Below, one piece after another: positions 45,199 to 59,385 of a stretch of DNA of 64,000 nt; position 1 is the first letter of the stretch; each line of letters opens with the position of its first letter. The notes below the pieces were generated by a model. It was not told the origin of the DNA. It saw only the letters and a program-made list of their open reading frames with translations, and made no database searches. A program made the translations under genes and the position numbers. The stretch comes from the human T2T-CHM13v2.0 reference genome, Homo sapiens, in NCBI RefSeq assembly GCF_009914755.1, contig NC_060927.1; one strand, given 5' to 3'.

Positions 45199-45576
45199 CT
45201 AAGGATATGTGGGGTAAGGGGCACTGTTGTGCCCAAGGCTCTTCAAATTTAACGTATTATTACCACTGTTATTATATTTAATTCTACCACTGGAAGTAGT
45301 AAGACCTCAATCAGGGGTGATTCACTCCCATGATATTGATCGGTATAAGGCAGAGACTATTGGGATACCAAGTGTTAATTCTTCTTTCTTCATTAGTGGC
45401 AGTATCTCAACAGAATGTCAATTTTATAATATTTTTCAGCATCCCTTTCAACCTGGAATCATGTGATTGCTGTCTGGGTAGTGAGGTGGGACTTCCGGGA
45501 TTCAGCCTGGCCTTCCTCCTCCCTTGATACATGAATATCTTAAATTATACTGCATAGGACTCTCTTCCTTTATTAC

Positions 45577-46006
45577 CAATCAAATAAAAAATTAATTGGG
45601 TCAAAAATATATGGCCCATTATATGCAAGGGCTATAACATAGGCAGGTCTTAGGGAATATCAGCAAAGCGAAAGGAAAAAATAGGTCCCTCTATGGAGAA
45701 AATCAATGCTCCTCAAATGTAACTGAAAAACATGTTTGTCTATTCAATCCCGGTATAAGCCCTCATTGAAAGATTTACTGGAACACACTGAATTGAATAT
45801 AGATAGTAAAGGAAGATGTAGCTGATAATAGGAACAGAGTTGCCCTGTGATCCATGGTATGTGAGGGCATAAGGAAAAACACATTCAACTCAAACAAGGG
45901 TATGGTAATTTCAGGCTTCATTAGAAACACAGCGAGGTGAAATCAATTGTAAGCCAGACAGGAAAGAATCAAAATCAGTTAGAAAAGAAATTTTAATTTC
46001 AAGCTT
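45577..46006 (-). pseudogene. Pseudo-exon (donor uncertain, ~45530-45577)
   Basis: Acceptor tagtttctccttAG. KLEIKISFLTDFDSF...VPVNLSMRAYTGIE*TNMFFSYI*GALIFSIEGPIFSFRFADIP/PAYVIALAYNGP; IALAYNGP resembles the galectin IALHFNPR strand. Confidence 0.55.
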
Positions 46007-46416
46007 CTAAGGAGAAACTATAAATAATGCAAGGTTTAAAACATATTAGCAAAAATACATCACGGTATCTCTCTCAAGCAAAACAGCTAAACTTGAAACT
46101 TTCTTGAGGATATTCAGCTCTGAATATTTAAAAGCAAATGCACATATTTGCCAGAGAGAAAAACATGTTTAGGGGGAAAATATTAAAATGAAGTCTGGGA
46201 TGATACACACCAAAATATGAATGTGGACATAAACAACTCCAGGTTATTTTCCTTTTCTTCTTTATACCTTTATGTAGTTTTTGAAAATTTTAAATTATGA
46301 ATGCATAATTTTTGTAATTAGACAGATAAAGAGCTTTAGCAAAAAGAAAAACATTCAAGTCATCATATAATAACATTGTATGAACATTAGACATGGAAGG
46401 CTCATCACAAGCAAAC

Positions 46417-46634
46417 CCCAAATATCCTCCATAAGATAATCTAATGACTTGCTCTTAATGAAAGAATGGTCCTTCCTCTCCAATCTCCATTTTTGGGTGC
46501 TGCTAATGGTTAAGACCTGTGCCTCTGAGTTTGTAGACTCTAGTATGGTTCTCCAGATCTTCAGCATTAAATGTATCCGGAAACAGGTAAGGAATCAGTT
46601 CAAAAGAAAAGAACAGATTTTCAATTTCCTTCTC
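46417..46634 (-). pseudogene. Pseudo-exon, CRD end plus next CRD start (3' end uncertain)
   Basis: Acceptor catttttAG; phase-0 start matches the previous exon. EKEIENLFFSFELIPYLFPDTFNAEDLENHTRVYKLRGTGLNH*QHPKMEIGEEGPFFH*EQVIRLSYGGYLG with no frameshift. Donor GTttgc is weak. Confidence 0.65.
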
Positions 46635-47149
46635 CTAAAAATGTCATGCTCTAAAGTGATACATGGAAATGCAAAACAATTTTGGTGGGGAACATGTGCA
46701 GAAATTAACTTTATAACTTGAATAATATCAATTTTATGATTCTCAATGTTACAATTATTAGAAGTACAGAATCTCTGTCCCTAACTCAGACCTGCTTGAA
46801 TTGGGGAATTGGGGAACTTATTGGGGAATTACTGATTAAAGGAATTTATTCTACCCTCCTACTTACAGAAGATGCCCGAGGAAAACTGTGGATAGTGGTG
46901 TTATTTAAACTAAGAGATACAGAAATAAAATTATTTCATTTTTTAAAACTATATAAATTGTTTTCCATCTATATCTACTTATAACAACAAAAGAACAAAA
47001 GCAGCTTTTTTTTTTTTTTTTTTTTTTTTTTTAGCTGTTTTTACTCCTAAAACAGCTACCACTACTATTACTACTATACTGCAAGAGAGCAATAACATTT
47101 ATGGGACCTTTACCATGCATGAGACACAGTGGTACATGCTTGGGATAGT

Positions 47150-47610
47150 CCATTACAATGGTGTTCTATAATGAACCTTGTCAACGTTTATAAATGCCCT
47201 TGCATAGTCCCTTCCCTTTGGATCCTGGCTGAGTCTGTGACTTGCTTTAGTCCTGAAAATGTGGCAGCAGAGATGCTGAACCAGTTTCAGGCCAATGCCT
47301 TGAGAAGGCTTGGGAGTCTCTGCCTTTGCCCTCTCAGATGCTTAAGGGCCACATAGGGAGGCTGGTTACTTTGCTGAAGGGGCCCTTTGGAGATATCACA
47401 TGGAGACAGAGGGGCCTTCAACAACTGGGGATGAGGGAAGAGGCCCGCCTTCCCAGAACCTGCCAGCTGAATGCAGTCACACGAATGAACACTGACAAGA
47501 ACAGTGGAAGAATGGCCTACCTAACCCCAGGCCAGATTGCTAAATCATAAGAAAATGGTTCTATCAAGTTTTGGGGTGGTTTGCTATGCAGAAATAATAA
47601 CCAAAACAGT
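47150..47610 (+). mobile_element. MLT1H-like LTR
   Basis: tgtgacttgcttt...tgccagctgaatgcagtcac...aagttttggggtggtttgctatgca. Confidence 0.7.
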
Positions 47611-48979
47611 GCTTTATAGACATTTGACTCATTTTAATCTCACAACAACCCTAAGAAATAGGCACTAATAATATCATCCTTCTACAGAAGCATTTATCCA
47701 ATTTGAATAACGCCTCCTATAATAAGTCGAGGGGGTAGGGCTTTACTGCATAAGAACAATTCTGTATATTATCAAACACACAGCAGTTCCATTTCTCATC
47801 TGAGGGTGGGGCATTTCCTATTACTGACTGTGTCTCATCATCTCTAAAGTAAAGAGAGTCAATAACTCACTGAACGTCTAAGATTCTTTTCAGCTCTGAA
47901 ATTCCATGACTCTAAATGAGTAGCCGGTGCTTATCGTTTATACAGTGGTTTTCAACACATCACATCACACACACTAGCAAAGGTCGGAGGGGAAAAAAGC
48001 ACCTTGAGAACATCCCATCCCAACTGCCCAGGCCATCTGAGTAACAGGAACCACCCCACCAGTCAGGAAGAGACGGCTGAATGCATATTAAAACACTCCA
48101 AGTATGCTGCCCTTCTGGAATATCGTTAAACAACTCAGTCTGTCATATGGTCCTTTGAGTTTTTCAATTAAAAAAGAAATGGCAAATGTAAATATTACCA
48201 TCTCTTTTTCAGTCTGCTAATTTGTGTTCAGGAAAGTCTTCCAACAAGAAAAACACATGGTTAATCACCTTTGAGACCCAATATAACAAAGTAGCCTGGA
48301 AAGAGAAAAGGGGCTTTTTTATGATTTAAATTGTTATGTGGTCAATCAAATCTAATCTATTCTAATTCATTCACATGGAAGGTCAATTATCCAAATGCTC
48401 TTAATTCAACCTGCCTCTGATCTTGGTGACCAGTGAACCATTCAAAGGGCAGCTGTTTTGTGTGTGTGTGTTTTAATATGAATTCGTTATCACAGTTTTA
48501 CGTTTTCCTCATTCTCAACTATTTAAGCTAACGTGGCCTGCTTGACGAAGCACATTTAAGTAGAGGGAAACACACTTAGTTCTCTTTGTATTCTGAAATA
48601 ACAACATTCTCTATGACCTTTCTGGAGTCAATGTACACAGAAAACCCACAAGATTCATGCTATCACCAACTGTTGGAAGGAAAACACCAGGCAGGCAGCA
48701 AATCTACTTCCCAGGCCAATTACCCCATTCCCTAAAACTATTCCATCTTCAAAACAAGCCTAAAATGCATGTCAAGAAAAACATCCATGTGTCTTTCTTT
48801 ACTCTTTTTATGAAGGCTTTTGCTTGGTGATTTGCTCAAGGGTCAAGTTTAAATTTGGGTCAGTTTGTTTATTTGTGATATAATGAAAAAGAAATTTACC
48901 AGGGAAGAACAGAACTATTGGAAGTACTCCATGGTAAATGAGAGAAAGTATGCCAAAGCTCTTCGCACCAAGACTAAAT

Positions 48980-49476
48980 AAATTAGTTGAGAATTGTATT
49001 TGGATGCTAGGAACAAAGAAATAAATATAAGGACTTAAACATACAAGGATTTATTCTCTTACATAAAGGAACACTGGTGGTAGATAGGCCTGGGATGGTA
49101 GGATGCTACCAGGAGTCCATCAGGAACTCAGATGCCTTTGGTTTGTCTCCTCTACCATGCAATGGTACCGTTCTAAGGTTATTTCTCAGTCTAAGAGGGC
49201 TGCTGGAGCCCCTGCCATTGTAAAGTCATTCCAAGCAACAGTGAGGAGCAGGGAAAAGGGCTCCCTTCCCAGCTGCTTCAGCTTCTTAAACACAGCCTTG
49301 CCAGAGGTCCCACATTACACTTTTGTTTACATATCACTGGCCAGAAAGCAGTGACGTGATTCCACCCAGCTGAAAGGGAGGTGGAACAATATCATAGAAT
49401 TGACATTTTGTTGAGATTCTACTATTAAGGAAGAAAAAAAAATTGATATTGGATATCTCAGTAGGCCCTGCCTTAC
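48980..49476 (-). mobile_element. MLT1K/J-like LTR
   Basis: ggctgctggagcccctgccatt...catatcactggccagaa...gatattggatat...ccctgccttaca. Confidence 0.65.
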
Positions 49477-50911
49477 ACCAATTAATTTCTTGGTAGTAAA
49501 TCGCTACTGATTGAAGTCTTATTATTTCCAATAGTAGAAGTGTAGCTAAGAATAATAACAGTGGTAATAACACCTTAAATCTGAAAAACTTCTATGTAAA
49601 AGTTACAATCTGGTTCACACAATAATCACATGATAGTACAATAAAAGTGACAATAATAATGATAGCAGAAATTAACAGCAGTATCTGTCATTTATTAAAC
49701 ACCAAATTCTGTGCTGAGTGCTATAATACCTTATTCTCATCAATCTTCACATCAACTTTGTGAGGTTTTCATTAACTCCATTTTATGAAGACATGGACTT
49801 CAGAGATGGGAAGTGACTTTTCTAAGGTCATACACTTCAGGAGGGAAACAGAACTGCAATTCCATCAAAGCCCTCTTGATCACACTGGTGTTAATCATTC
49901 CCCTGATGAGGTCATTAATATCACATTTTACAGCTGAGGAAACTGAGGTCCAAATTATCGGAGTGCTTTAATTCACTGTAATATTGAATCAATGGTAGGA
50001 TTTTTATTATAAAAATCCTAACAGGGCCAGAAAAGGACTTAGGAAATCTAGCTTTTCATCCTCGCTCTATACTTTAATACTGATTTTGATCTGATAGTAA
50101 AAACAATACAGGCCCACTGGGAAGGAAAAATTAAAACTATACAGTAAAGAAGAGAGTAAAAAATCATTCCCAACACTACCAGTTGGAGAAAATATAGGCA
50201 ATGCAAACATTCTAGTGAGCATTCTCTGGGGTTTATCTGATAAGATATAAAGAAGGGGAGGGGAAGTGGAGAGACAGAGGTTCCATAATTTGTCTAACGT
50301 CTCTGCACTACAGAGCCAGCACTCAGGTTCACTGCCCAAGTGCCCAGTGTACTCTCTGACCCAAGACATTCATGAGTCGTACCTTTCCTGCTGAAAGACA
50401 TTCCAATTACATGCAGGATTTAAAACTCTATGACAAGGGACTGCTCTTTCTTTTTATGAGTTTTTAAGAAAATGCCTTTTAAAATTTCTCTTCCAAGCTC
50501 TGAGATAAAGAAAACTGAAATACGACCATTAACAATTTACCCACAGCATGCATGAGTTTAACGCTCCAAACGATACTCAGGGTTCTCAACATTAACAGTG
50601 CATTGAAGCCAACTCATTTCTCATTTTCTGTTGCCAACTCCATAAATCTGCTTGAAGTCTTGAAAGTATAGATTATATATTTAAGTGATTCTTGTATTCT
50701 GGCAAGTAAAAACATAAAATGTAATTCGAATTCCATATAACGGTATTGGAAGAAGCACAAAGATGGCATTCTGAGGGGGAAGGGGTTTGTGCATTTAATA
50801 TTTTCGGAATCATATATTATGTATCAGGTACTGGGAAAACAGAGATCAGTCAGAAAAGGAGGACCTTCCATCTAGTACTAGTACTAGTACTAGAATTTTC
50901 ATCTAGTATCT

Positions 50912-51118
50912 AGGGGTCCCCAACCTGGAAACTAGTGTCATTTTAGGCTGGAAAATGCCTTGTTATGGTGAGCTGTTTGTGTGCTGTTGAACAGCATCCC
51001 TGACCTCTTCCCGCCAGATGCTAGTAGCATACCCACTCCAAAATGACAATAATAAATGTCTCTAGACATTGCCAAATGTCCCCTGGGAGGTAGCATGGCC
51101 CCCAGCTGAGAACAGCTG
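50912..51118. mobile_element. MER20
   Basis: cagcatccctgacctc...agatgctagtagca...aatgtctctagacattgccaaatgtcccctgg. Confidence 0.88.
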
Positions 51119-51350
51119 ATCTGGTCCATCCCGCCCCAGTTCACAGAACCTGGGAAGATTTCCAAGGAGAAAGGGATAACAGGCAGGCAAAGTGAGGAGG
51201 GAGAGGAAGAACATTCTGGGAGAAGGGTCTCTGGAACAGATGGTAGAGATCATGCCAGCAAGGGGAGGTAAGGTCATGCGGGGCCGGATGATACAAGCTT
51301 CTGAATCTCTGACTCAGAAATTCAGAATTTAGTTTGCAGGAAATGGGGAT

Positions 51351-52350
51351 TGTGGTATTATTTTACATATATATATGTATGTTTTTGTCCACAGTTCCTA
51401 GCTCATAACTCCCACAGCTCCTGTTACAGCCTTTTGTTATAATGTTGGGGCACTTTAGGTCTCAGAAGCAAACCTCAAAAAACAATCTCTCTCTCTCTCT
51501 CTCTGAAATTCTCCTGCCTTCCTTTCACCTGCTCCTTTTTCTTCCCACAGCAGGCTTTAGAAACTAAAAATATACTCTAATCTCCCCCCACTTTTCTGAT
51601 TATGGGTCATTAGACCCTCATTTCCGAAGGGGTCCTGTGTCATACCTCAGAAGAAGGAATGCTGCACAGAGAGGCCAAGAAGCATCTGTATAGACAGGCC
51701 TTTCTGGGTGTTCCCACTCAGTCCACTAGCATTAGATCATACCCTTTTTGTCTAGTCACATTTCAAAATGGCTGTCAATCATGCCCATCCAATGGACTCT
51801 CCATAAAAGGTCCAAGAGGATGGCGTTCAGGAGCTTCTGGACGGCTGAATGCATGGAGGTTTCTGTAGGGCGGCATGCCCAGGAACGGGCTAGAGGCTCT
51901 GAGCCCCTTCCCATACCACACCCTATTCATTTCTTTATCTGTATCTTCTGTAACATCCTTTATAATAAACCAGTAAGCATAAGTTAGTATTTACCTGAGT
52001 TTTGTGTGCCACCCCAGCAAATGAATTGAACCCAAGGAAGAGGTCATGGGAAACCCAATTTATAGCCGGTTGGTGAGAAACACAGGTAAAACAACCTGGA
52101 GCTTGCAATCAGCATCGGAAGTGAGGCGTGGTTTTGTGGGACTGAGCCCTCAACCTGTGGGATCTGAGATTATCTCCAGGTGGAGTGTCAGAACTGAATT
52201 TAGATAGAGGATGCCCAGCTAGTGTCTGCTGCAGAATTGATTGCTTGCTTACTGGTGGGGAAAACCCCCCACACATTTGATCACAGAAGTCTTCTGTGTT
52301 GACTATTGTGGTGTGAAAATAGAGAAAATACAGTTTGTGTTCTTCCATTC
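51351..52350 (+). mobile_element. MER21-family solo LTR
   Basis: gttcctagctcataactcc...ggactgagccctcaacctgtgggatctga...cacatttgatcacagaagt; TG...CA ends. Confidence 0.85.
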
Positions 52351-54840
52351 AGGGATCAAGTTTGTGGGCAGAAACTGCAGTAAAATGCACAAAAAGCAAG
52401 TCCTATGAGTTGAGTGTGACCGTGTGCTGCTGCCATTTGATTGCTTTAATTAAAGAAAAATAGGGGATGAAGTAATTACAGGCCCTCTCTGAGACTGTCT
52501 TCTTAACAAGGTGGCTGAATGTCATTGAAAATTTTCTGGATTTTAAAACAGAAATACACTGACACAGAGAAAATATTCTGCACATTGCCTGACACACAGA
52601 GTACCCTCACCAATGTTAATTCCTTATTATTACCATTCTTGTTGCTGGCTGTCTTAAAGCAGGGTGGGGCACTGATGGCTGATGTCAGCATTTCTCAGTA
52701 TGGCCCAAGGAACCCTGGTGCCTTGGAAGTGTTAATAATATCTGTACATACATACAGATGTGCAGACACAGAGAATCATTTTCTTTCAGAAATTTATCTT
52801 TTAAAAAGGAAACTATGACAAAGGATGTAGAATAACAGAAACATTTATCTTTATATATTTTGTTATAAATGCTTACCTAATTTATACTTTCTTAATAAAT
52901 AAGGAGAAGAGTATCTAAATAAAATGTTTTCTTGAATTAATTTGTTTATGGGGCCATGCTTTTCCTGTTCTCTCTCAAGAGTTCCTGTTGGTACCCCACT
53001 TATATTTAATTTAGATACTGTTAGCCTGGAAAATATTGCCCTAATCCAGTTGACTGGGGTTGTATGGAAAAGGCCCTGGCTTTGGTAACCAGAGATTATG
53101 CCAGGGCCGGGGGCCGTCTTGAAATAAAGAGAAAGAAAGTGTCATCCTGTGAAAAGGTCAAGGAGGAAGCCATCTCAACAGCTGTTTGCAAACCTCACTT
53201 CAAGGCAACCAACTGACAGAGGGAGAAATAATCTCAAGGAGGTATGAAAACAGCAGCAGGGCTAGGGAAACACATCTGTGAATGCCCAGATAATTGAGCA
53301 TCATTGTTTAGGAGTTGGAGGGCCATCTCTTTCTGTGCATTTGAAGCAATTTTCTCTTGTGACATACTATGTTTTGTGTTCCCGAACATTTAACCTCTGG
53401 ATTTGGACAGCAGAGACCTGGCCCAAGCCCATTCCTTTTAGGAGTCCTCAAATGCTTACTGAAAGTGACGGTTTTCTAATTATTCTGTCAAGCATCAATC
53501 TCAGAAGTTCCCAGTTCCTCCATGCTCTGACTGACAGGGCAATCAGCACTTTACTTAAAGTATAAGCACCAACCTCTTCTGGACAGCAAGAGCACCTCAC
53601 ATGCCCAAAAACAGAAAAATTCACAGCTCTAAGAAAGTAAGAAGCCCTCATGGGTGTGCAATTTTACAAGCGTGTGTATGCATCCTTCCTGGGAATAGCG
53701 CTTTTTGATCTGGCATTTCTTTCAAATGGGACATCCCCAATTCCAAATTTCAACCATCATGGCTATGATTTTACATACTCACTGTGCTGCTGAAAACTCA
53801 ATCAAAATGCACAGCAAAAAGCCAGTCTCAAAGATCTCCCTCAATCAAGGCAGACCAGAGTGGTCAGAAAAGAAGCAGATGTCTACACTCCTTCAACTCC
53901 AAGTCAAAACTTATAATTCCACTTTCTTACATGCTACTCTTCTGAGAGAAAAATGTGGGCAAAAGGAAGCATAGGAACTGTCACAACGAGAAAATATTCT
54001 TATTAATCACATTTAGGCAAATTCCATTTATTTGTTTTTCTCTAAAAGTGACCTCCATATATTAACAGATGCCCTACTTTACTTTGTCTTTTAGAAATCA
54101 GTTGCTTGTAATCTCTGAGACAATATATAGAAGTAGAAATGAGATTGGTGGATCAGTCTTCAACTGGTTTGAAGGTGATGGTAAAAGTCTATGAAAGCTG
54201 CCAGCATGGTGCTAAAACTCAAAGAGGGCATGGCATAGTGACATGGGTTATATGATGAGTGAGAGCTGCCAGGACGAATCGGAAGAGGGGCTTGACAATC
54301 GATTGCCTGAAATACATTACAGGGCAAAAGAAAGCAGGGCACCTGTGGTTATGTCCCTGATATAAGAAGATAGCCACTGTATCTTCAAGATCCCAGAGGC
54401 ATGGAGAAAAAGTAGGTAATTCAAATGGAGGCAATTTGGAGACACCTAGACTAATACCATTAGTCTCCAACTAGTCTCTGTTTTCTCTTCCTTTTCCACA
54501 ATGCGTACTCCTATCTTTGTCTAAGATTTCATTGTTCTGGTGCTTAAAGCCTTTCAGAGGCTTACAATTTTATCCAGAATGAATTCAAACTTCCTGATTT
54601 GGCCTGCAAGTCCTTTCAGAGCTGGGCCCAGCTTCACTCTCAGCGCCTCCTCAGTCCTTCTCGCTCACTCTGCTCTGAAACACTCAGAGCTCTCTCCTGC
54701 CTTTGCTTTTCCGCTGCTCTTTTCACTTTGCCCCAAATCAACAAGGTTCACTCATTTACATCATTCGGGTCTCCACTCAAATGTCACCTCCTCAGAGAAT
54801 CCCTCTCTGGCCACCCCATCTACAGCAATTGCTGTCTCAC

Positions 54841-55105
54841 TGCTAAGGTCCTGAGAATGCACCTCACACTCTGAACTGCAGGCAGCATGACTGGCTGCAC
54901 TGGGGGCAAGGCTATGCTTCCCCTGGGCTGCTCCCAGCCGAGTAGGGGCATCCAATCTTCCTTCCCTCTCTCCTTCACTCAGAGTCAGACCTGCATCATA
55001 GTCTGATGGCCAGGCCAGCCTCTCCTGGCTGCTTTCTCATTTTCTTTCAAAGGGATTTCTGCTGATAAAATCCTTGCACATTTAATCTTGTCTTGATGGC
55101 ATCTG
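54841..55105 (+). mobile_element. LTR16-like fragment beside an L2 (~54470-54840)
   Basis: ccctgggctgctcccagcc...aaatccttgcacatttaatcttgtcttg. Confidence 0.55.
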
Positions 55106-55385
55106 GGACCCTAGCATATTTATTATCATCCTGTTTTACTATCTTCTTAGTACCACAGAAAATTATCTAGTGTGGCACCCAGCAATCAGCATTTTCCATG
55201 CCCTTCAGGCAGTTCTGGGACATGCTCAAGTTTGAGAAACAATGACCTATTATTATATGGTTAATTATAGTCAGAGCAAGAATCAGGACCCAGCTGTAAG
55301 AATTCCCATTCATTTCTCACCAAGCAGTACTCTTTTAATGACACACACAGCCCTTACGTTGTATCTGCTTAAATACCCTGCTTTA

Positions 55386-55684
<299 letters not shown>

Positions 55685-55906
55685 TTATGCTGGTCATATT
55701 TTTACATCCATTTAAAAAGATGGATTTAATAAAATGGGCATTAACATACTAGGTAAACTGAAGGAATTTGTAGAACACTGGTTTGATCAAGGCTGACTGC
55801 CTCCATCTATCTAACTGGCTTTGTAGCTTTTTAGGCAGTAAAAATAAACTTAGTGTATCCCCTGTCTTGTGAGGGAAGCTTAATCTGATGTTGTGCTATT
55901 ACTAAC

Positions 55907-56171
55907 ATGGAAAAGCAGTCATGCTATCAAGATGGCATCCGGCAAGATGAGATGACACTGAAGTTTGTCGCTATCGATTTTTATATGGCAAAACCTGGGT
56001 CTTGTTCTCCCTTTTCTCCCTTTCGATCAAGTACTCTCATCTCCAGGAGGAAATGCTACTGTTTTGGTAGACAGTGGCTGCCCAGCCACAGTGCAAGCAA
56101 GTGTGATAACGACAAAATGGATTGATTACTATCAGGAAACGTATGGACAGTAAGGTATGAAATATTACCAG
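55907..56171 (-). pseudogene. Pseudo-exon, CRD core
   Basis: Acceptor gatgttcAG, donor GTtagt. (A)GNISYLTVHTFPDSNQ/HFVVITLACTVAGQPLSTKTVAFPPGDEST*SKGRKGRTRPRFCHIKIDSDKLQCHLILPDAILIA*LLFH. Length 265 fits phase 1->0 with one -1 shift. HIKIDSDKLQCHLILPD resembles galectin-1 EVCITFDQANLTVKLPD. Confidence 0.7.
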
Positions 56172-57614
56172 CTGAACATCCAAGATACAAAGATATAACA
56201 TGCTTTACTGCTTACAAAGGGAGGCAGCCATTAGGAAGTTTGCTTTCTCACATAAATCCTTGACTATCTTTCCCTGGAGGGGAAAAGTATATTACATCTA
56301 GTCCAATAGAACATTTAGATACAAGTCAGGATTCTGACAAGTAGGAATATTTAATTTGTTTTGAATTAAGAATTGAGAATCGGAACTTCCACTATGATAT
56401 GAATACAGAAACCAAGACCTTCCTTACTAATTAATGACCTCTGGCCTATAAAGTCTTCAGGAGAATTTCTAAATGTTCTCTACAACTTTGTGTTTTCTCT
56501 TACCTCTTGAGATTGATAATATAAACACACCTAGATACACAATAACTATCCTCCGAAATCTTTTACTATACTAGCTACAATCTCTCATACATCAAAACAG
56601 CAGCTCTAGTATATTTTTCTCACCTGAAATATTGAGGAATAGGAAGTTATTCAGTTTCTCACAATTTTCTTAAGCTCAAAGGGTTTGGTCAAAGCACACG
56701 TCATACCTGCTTAATCTCTAGAGAGAACAACTTTGACAGGTGAAGCGAGAAAAAAGCTGCTCCACTGCCTTCACGTGGAAAAAAGATGAAATGTAAAGGC
56801 CTGCAATGACAGACTTTTCAAATAGGGTTTTAGTAAAAGAATGATGTCTTTGGAAACTTAAACTGCAATTTTACCTTGAACAAGTATAGGATAGGATATC
56901 CTTTAAAGAGATTATTTGAAAACTATAAAATATTTATTCATTCAACAAATATCTAATAAATGACTACCAGATCAGTATAACACCATAACCAAGAGTTAAT
57001 GGAAATGAATAATAATTAAATATGTAATATGGTAGGAGACGTATATGTTTTATCCTGTCATTTAATACTCATAGCAATCCTGCTGAGTTGTTTCTATTAA
57101 TATACCCATTTCACAGGCAGGAAAAAAAAAATGAGACTTAGAGGAGTTAACTCACTTGGGAAAGTCACAGATGTAAGAGGAAACAGAGCGGGAATTCCAA
57201 TCAAGGCTTACTCATGTTTTTAACTACATGGTCTAACACCAAACTAAGCACCCTGAATAATATAATGCATGCTGTCGAGAAATGCTATTGTGAAAATGAA
57301 TAGGAGAGAAAAGAGCCATAATACAGATGCCCAAATGAGTGCTACAAGAGGGGCAAAAGTGTGAAATAAAAGCAGGCCGGGTGGTGTCAAATTCTGTATG
57401 ATGTGTGGGTTGAGGAGGTAGAGCAGGGAGTCTGGCCTCTGAGGAGGCAAAAAAATCGAACTCACTCAAACTTGTTTTCTGAGCGAATCTTCAATTTGTC
57501 TAAGACTTTTCCCTGGAGTTAGGAATTTGCCAAAAAATTATCAGCACCTATTAGGTGCCAATATAGTATAGACATGGACCCTGTCTTCATGAAGGGCACA
57601 GTCTAGCAGAAAAA

Positions 57615-58172
57615 GTAGGGCAGCTTTCAAAGATGGTCCTGTAATATTTTCTGCTTCACACTCTTCTGCAGTGCAACTTTGCCATTCTCACATTAAGAGA
57701 TGGGGTCTGTTTCTCTAATCCATCCAGCTCCTTGAACCTGGGCAGGACCTGTAACTGCTCTAACAGAAGATGGCAGAAGTGGCACACTGTCAGTCCTGGC
57801 CTGGAAGTTTCCATTTCCTGCCTCTTGGGAGCCATTCACTATATATGATCACTCTGAGACCACCATGCTATGAAAAGGCCAAACTACACAGAGAGATCAG
57901 ATGGAATGTGAAGAGAAAGAAAAAGAGATGGGCCAAGGAGCAATGAGATGCCAGGCATATGAGGAAGCCATCTTGTGTGTCCAGCCCAATTGAGTCATCA
58001 CACGGCTCGGGCTCCATCCACCAATGACTGCAGCTGCATAGCAGACTCCAAGCAGGGGCCACTCAGATTAGTCATGTGAACCCACTGAAGCATGAGAGGT
58101 AGTGATAAACTGCTGTTTTTAAGCCACTAAGCTTCGGGGTGGTTTATTAAGGAAGCAATGGATAACGGAAAC
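57615..58172 (+). mobile_element. MLT1H/G-like LTR
   Basis: ctgagaccaccatgcta...gaggaagccatcttg...ttttaagccactaagcttcggggtggtt. Confidence 0.75.
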
Positions 58173-58769
58173 AGAGCTGAATACAAAATTACCTGTATGA
58201 CTACATAATCAAACAAGAAAGAGTATAATTTGAGAAATCCTAACGAGGAACATGCCCCTGCCTTCAATCAGGTGTAAGGAGTGCATACAAGGCTCTCTGC
58301 ATAATTACATTCAGCTAAGACCTGAAGAGTAAGCTGAAGAAAGAAAAACATGAGAAGGGAAAGTCTGGAGCAGAAAGAACAGCTCAGTCGAAGTCTTGAA
58401 GATGGAGATGCCCTCATACATTCTAGGAAGGGAGAAAAGATTAGTAACCAAATTAAAGCAGATGTATAAAATGGGCATGAGGTAGGCTGGCGAGTTGGGC
58501 ATGGGCTAGCTCATACAGAGTTATAAGCTGTGGTAAGCATTTTGAGCTGTATCCCAAAAGCAGCGGGAGCTAAACAAAGGGATGGAAGAAAGATTTGTGG
58601 CCACTGTGACTGTCATGAGAGATTCAGGAGAAATCAGTGGGGAACCTAACTGGACATAAGTTCTTAAAGATCAAGGAGAGGATACCCTGAAGGGAAACTC
58701 AACCTTTACCCTAGGCCTCACATGACTAGGAAGTTCTTAGCTATACTTTATTTTAAAATAATTTTTTTT

Positions 58770-59385
58770 GGCTGGGTGCGGTGGCTCACGCCTGTAATTA
58801 TAGCACTTTGGGAGGCTGAGGCAGGTGGATCACGAGGTCAGGAGTTCGAGACCAGCCTGGCCAACATGGTGAAACCCCGTCTCTACTAAAAAATACAAAA
58901 ATTAGCTGGGTGTGGTGGCATGTGCCTGTAGTCCCAGGTACTCGGGAGGCTGAGGTGGGAAAATCACTTGAACCCAGGAGGCGGAGGTTGCAGTGAGACG
59001 AGACTGTACCACTGCCCTCCAGCCTGGGTGACAGAATGAGACTCCGTCTCAAACTAATAATAATAATTTTTTAAAAAAGATTATGGCCCGGGCACGGTGG
59101 CTCACGCCTATAATCCCAGCACTTTGGGAGGCTGAGGCAGCCCTATCACCTGAGGTCAGGAGTTCGAGACCAGCCTGACCAACATGGTGAAACCCCATCT
59201 CTACTAAAGATACATAATTAGCTGGGTGTGGTGGTGCATGCCTGTAATCCCAGCTACTCAGGAGGCTGAGGCAGGGGAATCACTTGAACCCAGGAGGTGG
59301 AGGTTGCAAAGTGCCAAGATCACGCCATTGCACTCCAGCATGGGCAACAAGAGTGAAACTCCATATCAAAAAAAAAAAAAAAAAA
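58770..59385 (+). mobile_element. Two head-to-tail AluS elements (58770-59065 and 59085-59385)
   Basis: Two full dimers separated by ~20 bp. Confidence 0.9.

Noticed and set aside
45020-46634. One continuous giant exon
   Set aside because: It would need very old L1M (~46140-46320) and MLT1-derived inserts inside coding sequence. Good acceptors at 46007 and 45199 favour separate exons; unresolved.
45227-49573. Two similar signal-peptide-like ORFs (45227..45466 + and 49334..49573 -) as small paralogous genes
   Set aside because: They are translations of the inverted duplication and are half LTR sequence; non-ATG starts.
50872-50893. Palindromic (ctagta)n tract
   Set aside because: Simple microsatellite.
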